Below, piece after piece: positions 13,071-25,469 of a stretch of 64,000 bases of DNA; the stretch's first letter is position 1, and every line of letters starts with the position of its first letter. Position numbers and translations under genes: made by a program. The notes beneath the pieces are model-generated. The model was not told the origin of the DNA, did no database searches, and saw only the letters and a program-made list of their open reading frames with translations. Origin of the DNA: Octopus sinensis (taxonomy: Eukaryota); NCBI RefSeq assembly GCF_006345805.1, contig NC_043016.1:29202001-29266000 (forward strand), in the 5' to 3' direction.

Positions 13071-13259
13071 CATCATTATTACCTGGGGTAGCAGTTCCTC
13101 ACGGAAATAACCCCTAGTCTGAAAGCTTGACTGTTCTGCAACTTAATTGAAACAGTAAGGCAATGAACTTTAACTACATATTAGGGGATTAAATAGTTTT
13201 ACAGAATTATGTAATTTCCTCATTAATTCTAATTTCTCCCCAAACCATTTTTCATTCAT

Positions 13260-13600
13260 GTTGTTGTTGTTGGCATCCTTTTATCTCGGGAGACAATGGA
13301 GTTATGCATAAACTAATCCAGTCTGGTTTTTACATTTCGTTTCCTCTCCAGTTTTGTGCAGGCCTGGGCTAGATGTAAGAAAATCCTGGGTATCCCAATC
13401 GTCACGATTCCTCTCCCAGCTTGGTTGCAGGAGCTGCCGGAAGAGTGTCGAGTCGAACACTGAACCACCTACGGGGCTCCACTCCGGATTTCTCTGAAGG
13501 TTGTCTCATTTCCATAACCCTGGATAAGGGCCCATGCCAGGTACTATCAGCTGGAGCCAGCTGAGCCCGGGACTCGTGTCAGGCAGGGTCGTCACTCCCT
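13260..13600 (-). mobile_element. GC-rich retroposon fragment with RTE-like 5'-UTR motifs and (AAC)n tail
   Basis: Minus strand has ccggagtggagcccc and cggcagctcctgcaaccaagctgg (recalled as RTE 5'-UTR-like) and ends ggatgccaacaacaacaac; no ORF. Confidence 0.45.
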
Positions 13601-13796
13601 GAAGTAGTGAAGAAAATTGCTACCCACTACTAATGTTACATATCAAAAAATCATTACAACTAGGTAGCATACAGTTACTGAAATACCTAAAAGTGGTTGT
13701 TGTTTAAACCTGATTGAATAGGTCTATGACCAAAGAGTTCCTACTCATGACCATTCCATCATTTTAGGGTATCTAAGAATTTATGATTCAACATCA

Positions 13797-14166
13797 TATC
13801 TTTTACTTGTTTCAGTCATTAAACTATGGCCATGCTGGGGCACCACCTTGAGGAAATTTTAGTTGAATGAATTAAGTCCAGGACTTATTTTTTAAGGCCT
13901 GTTAGTTATTCTATCAGTGTCTTTTGCCAGACTATGTTACAGAGATGTAAACAAACCAGCATGAAGCAGTGGTGAGGGACAAACACAAACACAGACACAT
14001 GTACAGAGGTTTCTCTCAGTTTCTGTCTACCAAATCCATTCACAAAGTTTTGGTTGGCCCAAGGCTACTGTAGAAGTCACTTGCCCAAGGTACCATGTAG
14101 TGGGACTGAACCCAGAACCATGCGGCTGGGACGCAAACTTCTTACCACAGGGCCACACCTGCACCT
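13797..14166 (-). mobile_element. SINE type A, diverged
   Basis: Reverse-complement tail ttttacttgtttcagtc through to head ccacacctgcacct. Confidence 0.8.
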
Positions 14167-14298
14167 ACAATACATGTTTTCATTAAAAACTGCAAGCTGT
14201 GGTTTGTGTAATTTGGTTGCTATTTCTGCACAAAATCTGAGAGGAAGAGTTTCTTTTTTATCGATAATTTATTTCTAATATAATTATGATTTGGACAT

Positions 14299-14361
<63 letters not shown>

Positions 14362-14364
<3 letters not shown>

Positions 14365-15452
14365 ATCCTTTCTACTATAGGCACAAGGCCTGAAATTTGG
14401 GGGGAGGGGGCAGTCAATTAGATTGACCCTAGTATACAATTGGTACTTAATTTATCTACCCTGAAAGGATGAAAGGCAAAGTTAACCTCAACGGAATTTG
14501 AATTTAGAATGTAGTGATAGACGAAATACCACTAAGCATATTGCCCAGTGTGCTAACAATCCTGCCAGCTCGCCACCTTAATAATAATAATAATAATTAT
14601 TATTATTTCAAATTTTTGCCACAAGAGCAGCTTGGGGGAGGTGGGGGTGAGTCAATTACATCAACCCCAGTGTTCAACTGGTACTTATTTTATTGATGAA
14701 AGGATGAAAGGCAAAGTCAACTTAAACAAAATTTGAATTCAGAATGTAGCGATGGGTGAAATACCGCTAAGCATTTCGTTCAGTGTGCTAATGATTCTGC
14801 CATCTTGCCAGGCACCCTGATGATAATAATAATAATAATAATAATAATAATTATTATTATTATTATAATAATTTCAAATTAAAGATACAAGGTGTACAAA
14901 TTCAGGGAAGGTGCAAGTCAGTTACAACAATCTTGGTGTTTCACTGGTATTTATCAATCCCAAAGGGATGCAAGACATCCTCGGCAGTATTTGAACTCAG
15001 AATGCAAAGATAGCAATGATTCTGTCAGCTTGAATAATAACAATAATAATCCTTTCTTTTATAGGCACAAGGCCTGAAATTTGGGGAAGTGGGGATAGCC
15101 AATTGACCCCGAAAGGATGAAAAGTAAAGTCGACCTCAGAGGAATTTGAATTCAGGATGTAGCGATAGGTGAAATACTGCTAAGCATTTCATCAAGCGTG
15201 CAAACAATTCTGCCAGCTCACCCCCCTCAACAATAATAGCAATGATTCTTTCTACTATAGGCACAAGGCTTGAAATTTGGGGGAGGGAGAAAGTCAATTA
15301 CATCGACCCCAGTACGCAACTGGTACTTGTTTTATCAACCCCAAAAGGATGAAAAGCAAAGTGGGCCTCAGCAGAACTCAGATCGTAAATATGGGTAAAA
15401 CACAGCTAAACATTTTGCCTGGCGTGCTAACGATTCTGTTAGCTCACTGCCT
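14362..15452 (-). mobile_element. Head-to-tail cluster of five C2 SINEs separated by (AAT)n
   Basis: Copies at about 14362-14580, 14595-14815, 14870-15030, 15047-15222 and 15245-15452, all in the same orientation. Confidence 0.8.
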
Positions 15453-16184
15453 AAATAATAATAATAATAGCAATAACACTAACAACAACAACAACAATAA
15501 TAATAATAATAATTCAAGCAGATATATAATGAAGATTACAATACAATATTAAGTTATGTCTAAAACCCTTAAAATAATTTCAGATATCTAGCGTTTTTAG
15601 AATAATTTAGATTTCTACTGGAGATTAGTATTAAATCATTTTAAGATTGTGTAGTAAAACACATTTTTGTCACTACATAACTCATCCGAACATACATCAT
15701 AGTTTGTGTGTGTGTGTGCGAATGCAGAATGGTATGAAAGTAAGTGCATACCATATCATAATGTTTACCATTGTATACAGCAAAGGTTGCTTTTCTCCAG
15801 TCTCTGCTATAAATGTCTCTTCTCCATGAGGTTCTACCAAAACATTAACCCAATCCTTCCACCTTACAACCAGCCCCCGTCTCTTCTCAAATTCCTTTCT
15901 TGCAACCACTGACCTTCAAGAATCCTCACCAATACTAAATTATGCCAAACTTACTCAGCATTCTTACCTAAAATTTATGAGACTAAAAAGACAGCCAATT
16001 AAGCTTAAAATTTTCTATCTTAAATTCAGATTGAAAGAAAAAATAAAACGATAGCAGCTTTTCCAACTCAAGAGATGTTTAAATCAAATTCACATTTCTA
16101 TTCAGAGAGAAATAAACACACCTTGTGTGGTATATTATTATTATGTCAAAAACAAATCTAATATACACATACAAACACCGTGTG

Positions 16185-16400
16185 AACATTCAGCTATACC
16201 TCTGATACAAAAAGAAATGATCTTTATGTGGTACTTAAGACATACAAACATGCTACTTAAGTTTCATGGAAATGGAAGCAACTTATATTTGCACTCTGCA
16301 TAGAGTGCAAATAACTGCTTACTATAACTTAAGTAGCATGGTTGTGTGTATTTCAAGTACAGTATAAAGATCAAACACACAGTTTCATCAGATGAATATT
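16185..16400. repeat. Imperfect ~215-bp palindrome (MITE-like)
   Basis: Core tatttgcactct-gcat-agagtgcaaata (16286-16313); arms catgctacttaagtt/aacttaagtagcatg and tgatctttat/ataaagatca. Confidence 0.75.
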
Positions 16401-16434
16401 TCGTATATAACCTAACATATTACATTATTTATTG

Positions 16435-16474
<40 letters not shown>

Positions 16475-16681
16475 CATAATCTTATTGTACCATATATAAC
16501 ATTGTAATATTAATCTGTAATTGATAATGTCATAAGATTATCATGTACAATGTCATAAGATTATTATATCATATAGAGCTATCATAACATCATACAACAT
16601 TATATCATATATAACAACATTATATCTGTACCATAAAAGAATTGTATCATAAAATTCTATGTCATTAATAACATCATAACA

Positions 16682-16718
<37 letters not shown>

Positions 16719-17864
16719 GTCATATATAACTTCATATCAAAAATAATGTCAAAATTATCATGTAATAGCTATAGCATCATTCTAAGATTAAATTACAACT
16801 TCAGATAGTGACACAGAAACAGAATTTACAAATAATTCTTCATAATTTGGCTGTAATTTACACAAATAATTTTGACAAGGTATTAAGACACTATTAATTG
16901 ATAAAATTGAATCCAAGTATATTACTGGTATTAACTCAAACATATCATGACCTACTTTCTAACAGAATGTGCTGCTTATGTTTCAATAAATTTTATAATT
17001 AAGGAATTTGGAGAGAGTTAGTAAGCTAATTAATTTTTTACTTTAAATAATGTGAAACATAATTGGTTTACTAATTAATTTTACATTCAGCTGATGTTAG
17101 AACATGGAATGTTTTACATGAATGGTGGAAGATTTTAATTAAAACATAACCACTCCAATACCAGCAGTTTTCTATGATAGAACCGGAAGTGGTTGTCTCT
17201 TGTGGATTGGTTAAAATAACAACTTTGAAGGAACACAAAGATACAATTGAGATCCCAGTGGATTTTTGAAGTCTGAAAACAATGAATGTCCAGAAGCAGC
17301 CAGCCATAAAATATCAGTTATTCTACATCTTTGTGAATATTTTATAGTGAAACCACAGAACTGAACAAAACTGTTGATGGTCTGCAGTGCCGGCAAATTA
17401 TAAATACCAAAAGTTTACAGAGAGAAATACATTTTTCCCTGAGGACAAAGAGATGAATATTTTATATTTTGGACATTATATTTTCCAGAAAAACAATTTC
17501 TTTTTTTCCTTACCAAAATAACAATGTCTAACAGTTGCATAAGGTGTGGTGAGTACTAATATAGTTGGTTATATTGGACTGCCCCAGGATTTTTTACTGG
17601 CACTTTTTTTATATTTTCCATGGAAAGATGAAAATTAAATTGGATCCAGTGAAGCTTTAGCTTGGAACTCAAGAATTCATAGTCAAAAGCAAGAATTGCT
17701 TTCTGTCAGTTTGCCAAATTTGATATATACTTTGTTGTTTGCAAATAAATGCTTATGTGTGTGTGTGTGTGTGTCCATCTATCTATTTATCTATCAATCT
17801 GTTTGTCTACAAAATATATTCATATACACAGCTAGATAGACAGATAGAGAGACATAAAGAGAGG

Positions 17865-17867
17865 GAC

Positions 17868-17926
<59 letters not shown>

Positions 17927-17958
17927 TAGATAGATAGATACAGATAGAAAGATACAGA

Positions 17959-17990
<32 letters not shown>

Positions 17991-18001
17991 TAGATAGATA
18001 C

Positions 18002-18062
<61 letters not shown>

Positions 18063-18305
18063 CAGATAGAAAGATAGATAGATAGATACAGATAGAAAGA
18101 TAGATAGATAGATACAGATAGAAAGATAGATACAGATAGAAAGATAGATACAGATAGAAAGATACAGATAGATAGATACAGATAGAAAGATACAGATAGA
18201 TAGATACAGATAGATAGATACACATAGATTGATACACATAGATAGATAGATAGATAGATAGATACAGATAGATAAATACAGATAGATAGATACAGACAGA
18301 CAGAC

Positions 18306-18342
<37 letters not shown>

Positions 18343-18469
18343 CAGATAGATAGATACAGATAGATAGATACAGATAGAAAGATACAGATAGATAGATACA
18401 CATAGATAGATACACATAGATAGATACACATAGATAGATACACATAGATAGATATATATATATATATAT

Positions 18470-18500
<31 letters not shown>

Positions 18501-18562
18501 CAGATAGATAAATACAGATAGATAGATACAGATAGATAGATACAGATAGATAGATAGATAGA
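17865..18562. repeat. ~700-bp compound (GATA/GACA/GATACA)n microsatellite
   Basis: Directly visible; source of the three long spurious ORFs at 17794-18583. Confidence 0.95.
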
Positions 18563-19405
18563 CACTATGTTAAGATTTAACAAACTGGCATAATTTAAGC
18601 AACCAACAAATAATTATAAAAATATAATGACGGATAAAGACAATGATAATGATAGTGGTGGTGGTGGAGATGATGATGATGACGATGTCTGTTTAATTGA
18701 TACCAGAAGGTTTACTTCAGTAGGATTTGAATTCAAAACATATAAAGGGCCATAATTAATTGCATCTTTGCAAGCATGCGTGTGTGTGTGTGTGTGTGTG
18801 TTTGCGTGTAAATAAACAAAATTATGAAAGAAGAATTTAACGCTAGATTTTGAATAAACACATGTATTGAATACACCCTTTCTTTTTCCTACATCTACTA
18901 CAAAGTTCATTAGACAGATTTGGTGTTAATTATTTCAGTTTAATTATTTTCTTGATTTATTTAAAATGTCACTTGACAGAGAAAATTATGAGGAAAAGAT
19001 TCAGATCCATGAATGTGGAAGATATATGTACGATACCATAATTTGTGTGTGCGAGCATATAAGTAAATTTGTGTATTTGGCCATGTACTCATATGTATTT
19101 AGAAGTATATGTATTTGTGTGTATGTATATGAGGTTTTATATGTGTGGTTATATGTATCTGTGTGTGAGTGTGTGTATTTGTATGTGGTGTGTGTGTATT
19201 TGTATATGTGTATCCGTGTGTGTATTCATGAATACATGAACCACATGATAGCATGCATGTGTTAGTATGTGTGCTTATGTAATATATTATAGTGAATGTA
19301 TAAACATGCATATGTGTATATTCTATAGGATCAGTATGTGTACAGATGAACACACAAATGTGTGCATATCCACAAGTGTGTGCGTGCATGCATGTATATG
19401 AAGAC

Positions 19406-19437
<32 letters not shown>

Positions 19438-19829
19438 ATAAATGTAGTTGATGATAATGTGAAAGCTGAACAGTGATCACTATTGTATTTATAAATTACT
19501 TAACAACAACAACAACAACACTTATAACAACAGCAAGCCTCATAGGTTATGAAAGAATATCAAATTCCTCAGGTTTGGGAGTTGGAAAATCAGATTAAAT
19601 GCCATTTAGGATAAGGGTTTTATACAGTCTTACCAACAAAAGAAAAACTCAAATGACATGTTGCACATCATACACATTTATATGTATATACATATATAAC
19701 CATCTATCAATCTATTTATGTCTTTATATGTGTATATATTTTTATATGTATTCATACACACACACACACACAATAAATATCTATATTTATCTATCTGTCT
19801 TTATACATACATATATATATATATATACA

Positions 19830-19838
19830 CATATCTGT

Positions 19839-19881
<43 letters not shown>

Positions 19882-20335
19882 CATACATACATACAACACA
19901 CACACACACAAACGTGTATGTATATAAATATATTTACATACATGTGGGTATATATACATATATACATATATATATATACATATATATATATACATATATA
20001 CATATATATATACACATACATACATATATACACATACATATATATATACACATACATATATATATATACACATACATATATATATACATATACATATTAT
20101 ATACATATACTATATATATACATATATATATACATATACATATACATATACATATATATACATATATATACATATACTATATATATACATATACATATAC
20201 ATATATAATACATATACATATACATATATATATATATACACATGCACATATACACAAACACACACATATATATAATAGATATAAATATACAAATGTAAAT
20301 ACATAAATATACACATAAGCATACACACACACACA
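19830..20335. repeat. Compound (TG)/(TA)/(TACA) microsatellite
   Basis: Directly visible. Confidence 0.95.
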
Positions 20336-20385
20336 CCATGTGTGTAATTAGTTGCAATACAAATGAAAGAGAAAACGAGATTTAC

Positions 20386-20486
20386 CTTTGTGCATTTATA
20401 ATCAACATGACAGAAGCCTAGCAGAGTGTAGTGCATGACAACATTTTCAGAAATACAGAAACCAACATATTCCACATGTGGTTCCC
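20386..20486 (-). CDS. Candidate coding exon (-EPHVEYVGFCISENVVMHYTLLGFCHVDYKCTK)
   Basis: ggaatctag acceptor, AAAG|gtaaat donor, 101 nt, single open frame. Link to the upstream exons not established. Confidence 0.45.
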
Positions 20487-20611
20487 CTAGATTCCGAAAA
20501 TGTTACAAGAACAATAACAGACCTAGAAATCTAATCATTGATCCAATATGAGAAACTGATGTGATCCAAATATATGTCTTCACATGACCAATGACCATTC
20601 TGCTTGTGGAT

Positions 20612-20633
20612 GGGGGAGGGGGAGGGGAGGGGG
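20612..20633 (+). other. G-quadruplex-forming motif G5AG5AG4AG5
   Basis: Four G-tracts with single-A loops in otherwise AT-rich DNA. Confidence 0.6.
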
Positions 20634-21085
20634 TTGATTTTTTTTTTTTTTTAGAAAAAAATTATTATTAGATATATTAGTTGGTTCATTTCTTTGTAAA
20701 CAGATGTTACATTGCTTTGCGAGTTGCAAAGCTGAGTTGCTTGGATTCACAGGGACGGTGCCTCGGAAGGCAGAGATTGATTGACAGACAGAGTGTTGGA
20801 ATGACAGAACGACAGAGTAAAGGAGGGAGATGTTGATAATGCTATTGAGCATTGTACATAGAAATCAATAATGTTTTATGAAATCACTATTTCTAAACAG
20901 CAGGCTAGAACGAGCAGCCAGTTTATTTGAAGAAGAAATTTTTACTTCTTTATTTTTACAAGCAACACGCAAAGCTAAACCAGCGTATATAAATGTGAAC
21001 GTTCACCTCCTATTCGTGATTGGATGAAGGGAGTGAATTTGTGTGTTGGTATTTGGAAAGGAGTAATACATTTCACTTTAAACAA

Positions 21086-21121
<36 letters not shown>

Positions 21122-21211
21122 TGTATGTGCATGTTTGTGTGTGTACATGCATGTATGCACACATACATGCATGTATGTATATTTGAGTATATACATACAT
21201 AAATATATATA

Positions 21212-21257
<46 letters not shown>

Positions 21258-21686
21258 TGTAGTTGCGTGAAACCAAAATCTATCAGAGATCCAACAGAGA
21301 AAATATTGATTAGAAGAAGTAACTGCTTCAGGTGAAAAGATGGCTGCTTGAACAATTTAAAATCCTAGAAGGAAATATTGTTCTAGAAAATATATAAAAT
21401 AAACTCAACAAATGGTGCAGAACTAGAACTCAGCGAAATGATACAGCAAAGGCATTAATTGAAGTTTGATCATTTAGCATACATAAAATATAATTACTAA
21501 TATTAAACACGTCACAAAAAAAAATACCACATTAAGAGAACAGTGGAACAATGCACACCCACACATCTATTTCTGTGGAAGGTTTATATACACATGTACT
21601 TTTCAGAATCATCCAAGAAACGATTCAGTAGAATACATGTGCGTGCGCATGTGTATACGCATGCACGTATAATGCACAAACACACA

Positions 21687-22880
21687 AAGGGTGTCTCAAA
21701 AAAATGTATAAAATCATCATCATCATCATCATCATTTAACGTCCACTTTCCATGCTGGCATGGGTTGGACGATTTGACTGAGGGCTAGCAAACCAGATGG
21801 CTGCACCAGGCTCCAATCTTGATCTGGCAGAGTTTCTACAGCTGGATGCCCTTCCTAACGCCAACCACTCCGAGAGTGTAGTGAGTGCTTTTTACATGCC
21901 ACCAGCACGGGGGCCAGTCAGGTGGTACTGGCAACAACCTCGCTTGAATCTTTTTACACATGCCACCGGCATAAATGTATACATATATTTGAATGAGTAC
22001 AAAGTCAGTGTTTATTAAAATACATTTCATTTTCAAAAATTAGAAGAATCTACAGATAGAAATTAATTTTTTTTTTATGAATGCCTGTTTTCAAACTAAT
22101 GACCATTCTCGTCCAGGTACAGCTGATGGCATGAAGCAACAGAATCGCAAACATCAAGAAACATTGTTTGGTATTTGAGTGAATATTCATCCAATAGCTG
22201 TCCTCAATTTATCCACTGTTGTCAGTTTTGTACTGTAAACTTTTATCGTTTAATTATCACCTTAAGAAAAGTTTAGTGGTATGAAGTACAGAGAAAATAG
22301 AAAGTATTCTACAGAACCTCTCCATCTAATTCACCTATTTGGTAAAATCTCATCAATATAGGTCCTAAACATTAATAGGGTAGCATGGAAATGACCTATC
22401 TTGTTCGAAATAAAATTCTGCATTGTCAAAATCCTCTTGCATGCTTGTCATGACAAACTGTCAGAGCTAAATTGACATGATGTTTCCTCATAATATACAG
22501 ATTCTCAAGTTAACAGCAGGTACAAAAGGGGTGGTTAATGGAACCATTTAATTTAAATGTAGCCTCATCATTCCAAACAATCTGTTTTGGAAAATGTGCA
22601 TCTTCTACACATCTTGTTAACTACCAATCACAAAACACTTTTCAGCCTAGTTTATCTTCATTGAGTGCGTGGACTATTCTTGGGATACAACTTTTTCAAT
22701 GACAACACTTCAAAATGCTTGCCACACAGATTTTCTTGAATTCTGGCAATATAATTCCTATACACTTCCTTGCATTTTGGGGTTTGTTGATGTCTAGTCT
22801 TCTGGAACGTTTTTTGTAGACATTTGGACACTTAAGAGTTCCATTTGCTTCAAACTTCTGTCTTACTTGAGTAAATCATG
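21687..22880 (-). mobile_element. Tc1/mariner (DD37D/DD41D-like) transposase pseudogene with one TIR
   Basis: Minus-strand translation pieces [47 protein letters not shown] and VCDSVASCHQLYLDENGH*FENRHS* (stop at 22075); TIR-like gggtgtctcaaaaaaatgtata at 21689. The 5' end is missing. Confidence 0.85.
21711..21972 (-). mobile_element. Retroposon type B inserted in a mariner TIR, 9-bp TSD
   Basis: aaatgtata at 21702-21710 and 21973-21981 flanks the copy. Confidence 0.85.
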
Positions 22881-23022
22881 TAAGTAAACTCTTCCCTAAA
22901 CTGTCATTGTATGTGTGTGTGTGTGTGTATGCATGCATGTACACATCTGTCTTGGTTTTGCACCTATAAAATGCTTAGCTGTATAAGCAACTTGTCAGAT
23001 TCCTTTTAGTTGTAGAGAGTTT

Positions 23023-23760
23023 ATGTGCCTCCATCCATTTGAGTCTGATGTGTCGCCTAGGTGCAAAACCAATGGTCACTCTCTAGCCAGCCATGACAAT
23101 TCTTTTAGATACGATAAATCTATAACACTCGCCAACGACATACAAAATACAAATATACCCTATACTCTGTCATGGTCCATACTGGACTCTTGGCTTCCCT
23201 ACCGAGGTCAACGGTCAACCTACAAGTTTTGCCTGAAGGAGGCACTTCACATATTAAAGCACAACTCTCCAGCACTGCTAAATAAACATAATGAGGTACT
23301 AAGCACATGCAACCACTGCTTTTTTCACACATTCAAATTTTATCACAAATCCAAATGCTTAAATGACCATAAAGTATATTTCCACAATACCCCTTAGGTA
23401 ATCCCAATAACCTTATAAATCTACATTTTAACTACTAATCCCTATCTAATTCCTCACTTATACTCAAATGTCACTTTAAATAAAACACTTGATTCAATAA
23501 CACTGTGTATAAACTCTATACTTGGAATGACCAATTTTAAATACTATTGGATTTTGCTCATAAGGTATTGGAATCTTATAGGTATACCATTCTGCCTAAA
23601 TAATGGATCTACAAATGCATATCTCACATCTATTCTCATTCCTCCACCTCACTCTCTATTTCGTATCTTATCTAAATTAACTATTGCTTAACCATTTTCT
23701 CACACCGTCTCAGTTGAAGGGATATAATAAATATCCTAGAAACAGCTGTAAGACCTATTT
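23023..23760 (+). mobile_element. Penelope-like element 3' relic (GIY-YIG C-terminal region plus pseudo-LTR-like 3' sequence)
   Basis: HDNSFRYDKSITLANDIQNTNIPYTLSWSIL...YKFCLKEALHIL...LLNKHNEVLSTCNH resembles the PLE C-terminal W..C.LC..E...LNKR.E..S.C.H pattern; a hammerhead-like motif follows on the same strand. Confidence 0.7.
23707..23754 (+). ncRNA. Degenerate minimal hammerhead ribozyme motif
   Basis: gtct-CAGTTGA-a-gggatat aataa atatcct-a-GAAA-cagctg-TA-agac; two core substitutions relative to CUGAUGA. Confidence 0.5.
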
Positions 23761-23920
23761 ATAAATGTTCTAAAGTCTACACAGCCTTGTTTTTTTTTTT
23801 TATCTCATTATGATAAATATACATTTATATATATATATAACTCACCCATACCAACCTATATCTTCTCGATACGGCCATCAGACTTTGCACCTGCTCAAGA
23901 TTCCTTTTAAAATCATTTTA

Positions 23921-24330
23921 TACTCATTTACTCTTTTACTTGTTTCAGTCATTTGACTGCGGCCATGCTGGAGCACCGCCTTTAGTCGAGCAAATCGACC
24001 CCGGGACTTATTCTTTGTAAGCCCAGTACTTATTCTATCGGTCTCTTTTGCCGAACCGCTAAGTGACAGGGACGTAAACACACCAGCATCGGTTGTCAAG
24101 CAATGCTAGGGGGACAAACACAGACACACAAACACACACACGCATATATATACATATACACATATACGACGGGCTTCTTTCAGTTTCCGTCTACCAAATC
24201 CACTCACAAGGCTTTGGTCAGCCTGAGGCTATAGCAGAAGATACTTGCCCAAGGTGCCACGCAGTGGGACTGAACCCGGAACCATGTGGTTGGTTAGCAA
24301 GCTACTTACCACACAGCCACTCCTGCGCCT
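23921..24330 (-). mobile_element. SINE type A, full length, young
   Basis: CpG-rich, complete head, spacer and tail in reverse complement. Confidence 0.9.
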
Positions 24331-24766
24331 ATATATACTAACTTTCTCATCTATTTGGATTACTGCAATACATTCACTATCTGCATATTTTAATATCCTC
24401 ATTGATTTTAATATGGACATACAACTTCTCAAGTACATTTATGTATTTTTATATATTTATAAATTTTTATATGACTGCACCCATGTATGCTGTGGAGTAT
24501 TCCAACGCTTTGGAATATATTGAATGAATATGAAGACTGACCTTTGAAATTTGTTCTCTTGAAATTTAGTTATATGTGTGTGTGTATGTGTGTAAACAGA
24601 GTTAGCAATTATAGCAACCAACTAAGGGATAAAATATCGATATATACTATTGGTATCCATTAGCTGTATTATCCCTGGGCATTGGTGAGCAGGCACATCA
24701 TACATGTAGAGTGCAGATAACAACAGGATAAACAAGAGTTTATCAGGAACCAATGCAAATAATTAG

Positions 24767-25188
24767 AAAATGGAGAAAACCTCAGATTAACCAACACATC
24801 TATTGGACCACATTTATAGGTTATTTTTTAATACAAAGCATTACATAACAAAATAGGCGATGTAACATATCTTACAGCCATTACTGAAGAGCAAATGATT
24901 TATCATCAGGAGCTACAGGGTCGGTAGGTAAAAGACTTATCTACTGACCCTGTAGCCCCTGATGCTCTTGTTTTTACTCTGATGATCTGTTGCCTTAATT
25001 CGAATGCCCTATGAAGATGAAGAATTTTATTCCTGCATTTATGTATAGACTGCATTTTGGCAACTGATCAGTAACAGCCGTAAGATATGTTACGTCACCT
25101 ATTTTGTTATGTCATGCTTTGTATCAAAAAATAAGCTATAAATCTGGTCCAAGTGATGTGTTGGTTAATCTGTGGTTTTCTCCATTTT
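24767..25188. mobile_element. Fold-back/MITE with 121-bp terminal inverted repeats and internal hairpins
   Basis: Arms 24767-24887 and 25068-25188 are reverse complements; 28-bp-stem hairpin at 24904-24964; TA on both flanks. Confidence 0.8.
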
Positions 25189-25469
25189 ATATATATATAT
25201 ATATATATACCTATGCACACACGCAAATAAGCACATAAATGCAAAACAAGATGGAAAAAATAGTACTCAAATACCAATGGCAGTGTAATATGCTTTTATT
25301 AAAGCTACAAAATTTTCACAAAACTTACTCAGAGTTTCATGCTCTTGATCATTTGACAGTTGTGATGAATACAGTATTCATCATAACAAATGAGAATATG
25401 AAACCGAGTAACAGTTTTGCAAAAATTTTGCCGCTTTAAGTATATATATATACTTAAAGCTACAAAATC

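Noticed and set aside
17794-18583. Three long ORFs (203-258 aa, YLSI repeats)
   Set aside because: They are translations of a (GATA)n microsatellite that lacks stop codons on that strand.
19718-20357. Cluster of overlapping YI/CV-rich ORFs
   Set aside because: (TA)/(CA) microsatellite artefact.
21256-21364. Possible minus-strand exon DFKLFKQPSFHLKQLLL...FTQLQ
   Set aside because: Good acceptor and open frame, but the donor is just the edge of a (TA)n repeat and no upstream phase-0 partner was identified.
24979-25085. CTGATGA followed by a long stem as a possible third hammerhead
   Set aside because: No GAAA after the stem (it reads tcagtaac), and that segment is part of the fold-back TIR.
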